In this document: piece by piece, positions 33,882-40,838 of the stretch
Layout: every line of letters starts with the position of its first letter
Position numbering within the stretch: position 1 is the first letter of the stretch
From: Abditibacteriaceae bacterium
GTDB taxonomy: Bacteria > Armatimonadota > Abditibacteriia > Abditibacteriales > Abditibacteriaceae
Assembly: GCA_036399215.1 (NCBI GenBank)
Contig: DASWNL010000147.1
Location: 1 to 40,838 of the forward strand
Direction: 5' to 3'
DNA: 40,838 nt
The notes under the pieces: model-generated
What the model was told of the DNA's origin: nothing
Database searches by the model: none
Seen by the model: the letters and a program-made list of their open reading frames with translations, nothing else
Made by a program: the position numbers and the translations under genes

Positions 33882-36821
33882 CAGCGTTTCAACAACAACT
33901 CGCACCAAATCGTCGGGCAAAACAGGTTTGGCGAGGTGCCTGCTAAAGCCGGTTGATAAAGTGCGGTCACGGTCGGCTTCGGTCGCGCAAGCTGATAAGG
34001 CAATTGCTGGAAGTTGGGCTAAAGCTTTATCGCTTTGGCTGCGCAACCAGGACAATAGTGCAAAACCATCTTCGCCCGGCATAGCCAAATCACTAATTAG
34101 CAGGTTGGGCTTCCAAGTCTCTAATAATGTGCGCGCCTCACTTGCCGAAGGTGCAAAGCGCGCCTCTGCGCCTTGTTGGCGCAAGATAATAGTGACTAAG
34201 TCTCCGGTGTCAATTTCGTCATCTACTACTAAAATTCGCTGACCTTCTAAAGAAAGCAAGGAAGATTCTAAAGTTGTATCGTCAATTGTTTGGTTCATTG
34301 CCTTGCCCGGCGTGCCACTCATCGCAACGTCTGGCGCAAGTGAGGTATCGTCAGGTGAGGCATCACAAAGCGGCAAACGCACAATAAAAGTAGCGCCCTG
34401 ATTTACCCCCGCGCTTTCGGCACGCACGGTTCCACCATGCAGGGCTGTCAGATGATGAACAATGTTTAATCCCAGCCCCAGGCCGCCGTGCTCGCGGGTG
34501 TGCGACGAATCGGCCTGGCGAAAACGCTCGAAAACATAAGGCAGAAATTCGGCTTCGATGCCGATTCCGCTATCTTTAACGCTGATTTCCACATGCGTTT
34601 GGTCGCGCCGTGCCTTTACTTCGATACGGCCTCCCGGCGGCGTGAATTTGATGGCGTTCGTCAGCAGATTCCATAAAACCTGACGCAAGCGTAGGCTATC
34701 GCCTTGAACAGTGCCGGGATTGGCTGGCAGATCAATAAAAACCGCGACGTTTTTGGCTTTGGCCTGGTCGTAAATCGGTTCTAATGCTTCATGCACTAAT
34801 GGTGCGACGGGTAAGACACAAAGTTCGAGATGAAGCTTGTCGGAAGTAATACGCGTGGTGTCGAGAATATCGCTGATAATCTGCACCTGAGCGGCTAAGT
34901 TACGTTCAATTATGTCCAGTGCCTCGTTTTTAACGGTGTCTTCCATAGGGCCGCGCAGCAGACTGACCCAGCCCATAATGGGTGTCAGGGGTGTGCGAAG
35001 TTCATGCGAAACCACAGAAAGAAACTCATCCTTGGCGCGATTGGCTTTTTCAGCAGCATCACGGGCACGTTGCGCTTCAGCGTAAAGATTGGCCCGGTCA
35101 ATGGCCGAGCCGGCGCGCCGCGCGATTTCGGTGAAAAGCGCTACATCCTGTTCGTCATAACGCCGCTCCGATTGGGTGAGCAGGCACGAAAAATAACCCA
35201 ACAATCGCGGGCGGCCCTTCTGCTCTTTAGTGGTGTGTGAAAGTAGCGGTGTTATGACAGCAGACCGCACTTCCATTTGTTGCAGCAATTGATGTAATTC
35301 GCCACCGGCGCCAGCAGTGAGGGCTTCGACTCCGTTTTGGTCAAGTAGCAAAGGTTCGCCTTGCCGCAGCATTTCCAAAAAAGGCGCCCTGGCTACCGGC
35401 GAGCTTACAAACTGCCGCCTTACTTCCAGGGCAATGGCTTCTTTTTGCGCATTGACGTGACGCATGGCAACGCTGCGAATTTCGCTCTGGGCCAGGTCTT
35501 CGGATTCCTCTATATATTGCACGTCGGCCCAGTCAGCCCAATCGGGCAGCATCAAATCCACCAGTTCTCTCAAAGTGGTTTCGGCGTCTAAGGTGGCGCC
35601 TAAGGTCTCACCGGCGTGAGCTAAAAGACGCAGGGCTTCTTCGGCCCGCTTGCGCGTGGAAATATCTTCAATCACCGAAATGAAGTAGCGCGGGCTGCCG
35701 TCTTCATTACGGCGTAGAGCAACCGTCACCGTTGTCCATATCGCCGTGCCGTTTTTATGAAGATACCGTTTTTCAAGGAGAAGGTCTTGAATTTCACCGG
35801 CCAGCAGCTTCTTCATGGCGGGTGGGTGCAGATGCAAATCATCAGGATGGGTGATCTGATCAAAATTTAGATTCATCAATTCGTCAGATTCGTAACCCAA
35901 AATGTCGCACAGCTTTTGGTTGACTCGTAAAAAGTGACCTTCCAGGCTGACATGAGCGATGCCGACGGCGGCTTGCTCAAAAGTGGCGCGAAAACGCTCT
36001 TCGCTTTCGCGCAACGCCACAGCAGCGCGTTTCTGGGCCGTCGTATCACGCGCCTGAATGATGAAAAATTCGACTTCGCCCTGCGTATCGCGCACCGCAG
36101 TGACCGAAGCATCAGCAGTATGAATCTGGCCTGCTGCATCTTGAAACTCATCCTCGGTAAGCACCGGGCCATCGTGTTGCGCGGCGTTTTGCAGGCGGCT
36201 TGGCCATTCTTCACGTATGGCCGGTAAATCACGCCACCAGGGCGTGTCCCAGAACAAATGCCCAATCACCTGGTCGCGCGTGATGCCGACGGCCTGCAAA
36301 GGTGAATCGTTGATTTCGAGAACATAGCCTTGAGGAGAAAGGACAGCCAAAAACTGAAATTGCTGGCTGAAAACGCCATGAAACAAGCGCTCGCTTTCGC
36401 GCGCGGCTCTTTCGGCCAATTTCAGGTCTTCAATATCTGTGCTGGTGCCAAACCAGCGCACAATTTGGTTTTGCGCGTCGCGTAGCGGCACGCCGCGCGT
36501 TTTGAACCAGCGATAAACCCCATCGAAGCGGCGCAGGCGAAATTCGATGTCGTAACTTTTGTTGTTGGCAAAAGCGGCTTTCCAGGCCTGGGCTGCGTTC
36601 TGGCGGTCATGGGGATGCACTTGCTCTAACCAGTCAAATCCCCATTGCTCACTTTCGGGTATTCCCGTATATTCCACCCATTGGCGGCTCAGATAGTCGC
36701 ATTCGCCGGTAGGAGTGCATGACCACACCAGTTGCGGCAGCGATTCAGCGATCTGCCGCCCTGCCAGGTTTTCAATAGATGAGGACGCAGGATGTTGCCC
36801 TGCTTTATCTATCGTATCCAT
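33873..36821 (-). CDS. Hybrid sensor histidine kinase: multiple PAS/PAC + GAF + HisKA + HATPase_c + C-terminal receiver
   Basis: Three PAS/PAC-like segments (e.g. YRWFKTRGVPLRD, KNGTAIWTTVTVALRR). FLSVVSHELRTPLTPI (H-box), NLLTNAIKFTPPGG, GGLGLGL, ILVVDDE...DLAMPGEDG...AKP. Confidence 0.92.
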   Translation of the reverse strand: MDTIDKAGQHPASSSIENLAGRQIAESLPQLVWSCTPTGECDYLSRQWVEYTGIPESEQWGFDWLEQVHPHDRQNAAQAWKAAFANNKSYDIEFRLRRFDGVYRWFKTRGVPLRDAQNQIVRWFGTSTDIEDLKLAERAARESERLFHGVFSQQFQFLAVLSPQGYVLEINDSPLQAVGITRDQVIGHLFWDTPWWRDLPAIREEWPSRLQNAAQHDGPVLTEDEFQDAAGQIHTADASVTAVRDTQGEVEFFIIQARDTTAQKRAAVALRESEERFRATFEQAAVGIAHVSLEGHFLRVNQKLCDILGYESDELMNLNFDQITHPDDLHLHPPAMKKLLAGEIQDLLLEKRYLHKNGTAIWTTVTVALRRNEDGSPRYFISVIEDISTRKRAEEALRLLAHAGETLGATLDAETTLRELVDLMLPDWADWADVQYIEESEDLAQSEIRSVAMRHVNAQKEAIALEVRRQFVSSPVARAPFLEMLRQGEPLLLDQNGVEALTAGAGGELHQLLQQMEVRSAVITPLLSHTTKEQKGRPRLLGYFSCLLTQSERRYDEQDVALFTEIARRAGSAIDRANLYAEAQRARDAAEKANRAKDEFLSVVSHELRTPLTPIMGWVSLLRGPMEDTVKNEALDIIERNLAAQVQIISDILDTTRITSDKLHLELCVLPVAPLVHEALEPIYDQAKAKNVAVFIDLPANPGTVQGDSLRLRQVLWNLLTNAIKFTPPGGRIEVKARRDQTHVEISVKDSGIGIEAEFLPYVFERFRQADSSHTREHGGLGLGLNIVHHLTALHGGTVRAESAGVNQGATFIVRLPLCDASPDDTSLAPDVAMSGTPGKAMNQTIDDTTLESSLLSLEGQRILVVDDEIDTGDLVTIILRQQGAEARFAPSASEARTLLETWKPNLLISDLAMPGEDGFALLSWLRSQSDKALAQLPAIALSACATEADRDRTLSTGFSRHLAKPVLPDDLVRVVVETLKK

Positions 36822-37061
36822 AAGTTTCGATTTGAAGATAAAGAAGGTTTACCATACCCCTTGCTTTGTTCTGTGGAGTGCTTTGTTAATTGCGCACAAA
36901 CAATCACGTAAACAAGCACACAAACAGCGGCGCACAAGGGATAACTTACTTACCGTCCGGTTCCTGCTGTTGAGACTTGTTGGGAGGCTTGCGACGGCAG
37001 TTATGACTATAATATGGTTTTCGCGCCCCTTGACACCCCGATTACAGTGTCAGCAAGGCGC

Positions 37062-37091
37062 TTGCGTTGGTAAAATTTACTGTGCTATAAT
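37062..37091 (+). promoter_or_regulatory. Candidate sigma70-type promoter with extended -10, ~355 nt upstream of gltB
   Basis: TTGCGT (37062-37067), 18-bp spacer, TGcTATAAT (37083-37091). Sequence match only. Confidence 0.35.
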
Positions 37092-37446
37092 GCGCCGCTC
37101 AGTGAGATAGCTTTCAGGGTTACTAATTTAGATGCAATTTGACGACCCCGATTGCGATGGCACTGTAGTAGTCACTTAATAGCAGGTAATAGCGAGCGCT
37201 AACAAGGCGATGGCGAGCGGCACTCTTCAAAGCAGTCTCCCAGGCAGTCTTTGACACAGCACGATTTTAAATCAAGCGCAGCTTTTAACTAAGGCTTTAA
37301 GCGCAAGCTTTTGAGGCCTTTGTCGAGGCCTTCGCCGGCAAAACATCAGCCCGGCGAGGGCCGCTTTGTCCTAAGTTTGCCGAAGTGTGCCAATTATTTA
37401 GCGCCGTTTTAATTCGATAATGAAAGATTCGTTGAAAGGCGAGACG

Positions 37447-40400
37447 ATGACGTTTCCCCAAACAAAACCCGGTAGCCCGGTAAGGCGAACGCCTGCCAAA
37501 CAGGGGCTTTACGACCCGCGCCACGAGCATGATGCCTGTGGTATCGGCGCGGTTGTTCATATCAAAGGCCAAAAGTCGCACTCAATTGTGCGCCAGGGTC
37601 TGGAAATTCTGGTCAATCTCGACCATCGCGGCGCACGCGGCGCGGAAACCTGCACTGGCGACGGCGCCGGCATTCTAATTCAGATGCCGCACGATTTTTT
37701 CGCGTCTGCCGTTGAAGGCTTCTCTCTGCCCGAAGTCGGCGCTTACGGCGTAGGCTTTCTATATTTGCCTGCCGACCAGACGCAACGCGAAGCGCAGGAA
37801 AAGAAGCTGGCCGAAATTATTGAAGCCGAGGGCCAAACTGTTTTGGGCTGGCGCGATGTGCCGACCAACAACGCCGATTTGGGCGAAACCGCCATTTCGG
37901 TCGAACCGGCCATGCGTCAGGTCTTCATTGGACGCAGCGCGGATACTGCTCAAAAACAGGAAAGCGATGCGCTGGCTTTCGAGCGTAAGTTATATGTGAT
38001 TCGCAAACGCGCCGAGCACGAAATCCACTACTCAGAGATGCCCGGTGGCGAGTTCTTTTACGTGCCCAGCCTGTCCTCGAAAACGGTTGTTTACAAGGGC
38101 ATGTTGACGCCTGACCAGGTGGATTCGTATTTTCCTGACCTCAGCGATGAGCGCATGACTTCGGCTTTGGCTTTAGTTCACTCGCGCTTTTCCACCAATA
38201 CTTTTCCCAACTGGGATCGCTCGCATCCTTATCGCTACATCATTCACAACGGCGAAATCAATACCCTGCGCGGCAATGCCAACTGGATGTTCGCGCGGCA
38301 AAAGCAGGTCGCGTCCGAAGTCTTCGGCGAGGATTTGAACAAGCTGTTCCCCATTATTGATACCGATTCCAGCGATTCGGGCCAGTTTGATAACGTGCTC
38401 GAATTTCTCTATCTTGGCGGGCGCCCCTTAGCGCAGGCGGTCATGATGATGATTCCTGAGCCGTGGGCCAAACACGAGAGCATGAGCGAAGACAAGCGCG
38501 CCTTTTATAATTACCACGCTTCGTTAATGGAGCCGTGGGACGGCCCGGCTTCGATTGGCTTTACCGATGGCATATCGCTTGGCGCCGTTCTCGACCGTAA
38601 TGGTTTGCGCCCATCGCGCTATTACGTAACCGATGATGATCTGGTGATTCTGGCTTCGGAAGCCGGCGTTTTAGAAATTGACCCGGCCAAGATTAAACAG
38701 AAAGGCCGCTTGCAGCCGGGGCGCCTGTTTTTGGTGGATACCGAAGAGGGCCGCATCATCGAAGATGAAGAGATCAAGCAGAAATTCGCGTCCGAGTTTC
38801 CGTATAAAGAGTGGTTGGACGCTAATCTCATAAAACTCGAAGAGTTGCCGCCCGTTGCTGATGTGCCTGAACCCGATCATCACACGGTTTTGCAGCGCCA
38901 ACTGGCCTTTGGTTACACCTTTGAAGAGTTGCAGATGATGATTGGCCCGATGGCGGCCAATGGCATTGAGCCGGTTGGTTCGATGGGCAACGACGCGCCG
39001 CTTGCCATTCTTTCGCGCAAGCCACAACTGCTCTCGTCGTATTTCAAGCAGTTGTTCGCTCAGGTGACGAACCCGCCGATTGATGCCATTCGCGAAGAGA
39101 TTATCACTGGCACCAACTTGCGTTTGGGCGCTGAAGGCAACCTCTTAAAGCCCACGCCGGAAAGCTGCCGCCAGATTGAAGTAGAGAATCCGTTTTTATC
39201 GAACGAAGAGTTGGCCAAACTGCGCGTTTATGAAGCGCCGGGTTTCAAAAGCGTAACACTGCCGATTCTCTTTGACCCGCAAAGCGGCGAAGCGGGATTG
39301 GAAAAAGCGCTCGATGATTTGTTTGCAGGGGCAGACAAGGCCATCGAAAGCGGCGCCACAATTTTGATTCTGTCGGACAGAGGCGTGGATGAAAAGAACG
39401 CACCAATTCCTTCGCTTTTGGCCTCGGCAGGCTTGCATCACCATTTGATTCGTCAGGGCACACGCACCAAAATCGGTCTGGTTTTGGAAAGCGGCGAGCC
39501 GCGCGATATTCATCAGTTCGCCACCTTGATTGGCTATGGCGTTTCGGCCATTAACCCGTATCTGGCTTTTGAAACGCTTGATGACATGATTCACAGCGAA
39601 ATGCTTAAAGGCATCAAGCACGAATACGCCGTCGAGAAATTCAAAAAAGCCGCCGTTAAGGGCGTTGTGAAAACGATGGCCAAGATGGGCATCTCGACCA
39701 TTCAAAGCTACTGCGGCGCGCAGATTTTTGAAGCGGTCGGCCTGTCGAATAAGCTGATTGACAAATACTTTACCTGGACGGCCTCGCGTGTTGAAGGCAT
39801 CGGCCTCAAAGAGATCGCCGAAGAGATTCGCCTGCGCCACGAACGCGCTTATCCATTGCGCGATATTGAAGTGGATCAGACTCTGGATGTTGGAGGCCAA
39901 TATCAATGGCGTCGCACCGGAGAGTTTCACACTTTTAATCCGCAAACTGTGCATAAGTTGCAGCAGGCCTGCCGCACGGGCAAGTATGAAGCGTTCAAAG
40001 ATTACACGCGCCTTTTGAACGAGGAAGCGACGCAGGCCAACAACCTGCGCGGCCTGTTGGAATTCAAATTTGCCGATGAGCCGATTCCCATTGAAGAAGT
40101 AGAATCGGTTGAAGAGATCGTCAAGCGTTTCAAAACCGGCGCCATGAGCTACGGCTCCATTTCCGGCGAAGCGCACGAAGCGCTTGCTATTGCCATGAAC
40201 CGTTTGGGCGGCAAAAGCAACACTGGCGAAGGCGGCGAAGACCCGGAGCGTTATGTTCCTCAAGCCAACGGCGATTCGCGCAACTCGGCGATTAAGCAAG
40301 TGGCGTCGGGCCGCTTTGGTGTGACCAGCAATTACCTGGTTAACGCCAAAGAGTTGCAAATCAAAATGGCGCAAGGCGCGAAGCCCGGTGAGGGCGGACA

Positions 40401-40838
40401 GTTGCCGGGCAGCAAGGTTTATCCTTGGATTGCCAAAGTGCGCGGCGCGACACCCGGCGTAGGATTGATTTCGCCGCCGCCGCATCACGATATTTATTCG
40501 ATTGAAGACCTGGCGGAACTGATTCACGACCTGAAGAATTCCAACGTCAAAGCGCGGGTCAGCGTGAAATTGGTTTCGGAAGTTGGCGTTGGCACTATCG
40601 CCGCTGGTGTGGCCAAAGCCAAGGCTGATGTGGTTCTCATTTCCGGCTACGAAGGCGGCACCGGCGCTTCGCCACTGACCAGCCTGACCCATGCCGGCTC
40701 GCCCTGGGAGATCGGCCTGGCCGAGACCCAGCAGACGCTGCTGCTCAACGGGCTGCGCAGCCGCATCGCGGTGCAAGTCGACGGCGGCCTGCGCACCGGG
40801 CGCGACGTCGCAATCGGCGCGCTGCTCGGCGCCGACGA
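37447..40838 (+). CDS. gltB: Glutamate synthase large subunit GltB, N-terminal ~1130 aa (3' end beyond the window); not in the supplied ORF track
   Basis: My own translation from ATG 37447 gives [41 protein letters not shown]. In frame at ~38180 it reads [38 protein letters not shown]. At ~40140 it reads [35 protein letters not shown]. The frame is open to the window end. Confidence 0.95.
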   Translation, partial: MTFPQTKPGSPVRRTPAKQGLYDPRHEHDACGIGAVVHIKGQKSHSIVRQGLEILVNLDHRGARGAETCTGDGAGILIQMPHDFFASAVEGFSLPEVGAYGVGFLYLPADQTQREAQEKKLAEIIEAEGQTVLGWRDVPTNNADLGETAISVEPAMRQVFIGRSADTAQKQESDALAFERKLYVIRKRAEHEIHYSEMPGGEFFYVPSLSSKTVVYKGMLTPDQVDSYFPDLSDERMTSALALVHSRFSTNTFPNWDRSHPYRYIIHNGEINTLRGNANWMFARQKQVASEVFGEDLNKLFPIIDTDSSDSGQFDNVLEFLYLGGRPLAQAVMMMIPEPWAKHESMSEDKRAFYNYHASLMEPWDGPASIGFTDGISLGAVLDRNGLRPSRYYVTDDDLVILASEAGVLEIDPAKIKQKGRLQPGRLFLVDTEEGRIIEDEEIKQKFASEFPYKEWLDANLIKLEELPPVADVPEPDHHTVLQRQLAFGYTFEELQMMIGPMAANGIEPVGSMGNDAPLAILSRKPQLLSSYFKQLFAQVTNPPIDAIREEIITGTNLRLGAEGNLLKPTPESCRQIEVENPFLSNEELAKLRVYEAPGFKSVTLPILFDPQSGEAGLEKALDDLFAGADKAIESGATILILSDRGVDEKNAPIPSLLASAGLHHHLIRQGTRTKIGLVLESGEPRDIHQFATLIGYGVSAINPYLAFETLDDMIHSEMLKGIKHEYAVEKFKKAAVKGVVKTMAKMGISTIQSYCGAQIFEAVGLSNKLIDKYFTWTASRVEGIGLKEIAEEIRLRHERAYPLRDIEVDQTLDVGGQYQWRRTGEFHTFNPQTVHKLQQACRTGKYEAFKDYTRLLNEEATQANNLRGLLEFKFADEPIPIEEVESVEEIVKRFKTGAMSYGSISGEAHEALAIAMNRLGGKSNTGEGGEDPERYVPQANGDSRNSAIKQVASGRFGVTSNYLVNAKELQIKMAQGAKPGEGGQLPGSKVYPWIAKVRGATPGVGLISPPPHHDIYSIEDLAELIHDLKNSNVKARVSVKLVSEVGVGTIAAGVAKAKADVVLISGYEGGTGASPLTSLTHAGSPWEIGLAETQQTLLLNGLRSRIAVQVDGGLRTGRDVAIGALLGAD

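Noticed and set aside
36715-37110. 131-aa plus-strand ORF, plus 37297..37581 (94 aa) on the minus strand, in the kinase-gltB intergenic region
   Set aside because: The first starts inside the kinase gene on the opposite strand and the second overlaps the gltB start. Neither has an SD or a recognisable domain.
39196-40776. 526-aa minus-strand ORF, the longest ORF in the track for this region
   Set aside because: It is exactly antisense to the gltB reading frame, whose translation carries textbook GltB motifs. Its product is low-complexity and Arg/Ala/Gln-rich with no recognisable domain. This is a typical shadow ORF of a GC-rich gene.

Overview
This is a 40.8-kb chromosomal segment from an unidentified bacterium, with GC in the mid-50s % by eye. 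The protein families (CSLREA/choice-of-anchor-Q beta-helix, ThuA, FG-GAP) and the palindromic repeat types hint at a Planctomycetes, Verrucomicrobia or Armatimonadetes-like organism, but that is low-confidence inference. The window is bounded by core genes: recA, truncated at the left edge, and gltB, which runs off the right edge. gltB is absent from the supplied ORF track; I found it by translating the + strand from 37447. Between them lie about 30 genes:
- a 1139-aa secreted beta-helix repeat protein
- a minus-strand block: DedA, a PLP trans-sulfuration enzyme, a small membrane protein, a two-gene membrane pair, a HAL2-type PAP phosphatase and a NagB-LmbE fusion
- an Arg/Glu-rich low-complexity protein next to a GAF/HD-GYP phosphodiesterase
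- a PhyH-type dioxygenase and a YihY/BrkB membrane protein
- an FG-GAP protein and a holin-family/rapZ/yvcK operon
- a lipoprotein with a tandem duplication, ThuA, and a PAS/GAF hybrid histidine kinase

The most system-like region is a tightly packed minus-strand operon at 17960-24243, possibly extending to 24713. It encodes two radical SAM enzymes, an alkaline-phosphatase-fold hydrolase, an ATP-grasp enzyme and two leucine-rich-repeat proteins. It matches what I recall as the uncharacterised STM4011-STM4015 cassette.

The window also carries a family of MITE-like palindromic repeats, one fragment of which sits in frame inside a radical SAM gene. An IS5-family (IS427-like) insertion sequence with an A_AAA_AAC -1 frameshift site lies between two of those repeats. 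I saw no rRNA, tRNA or CRISPR array.
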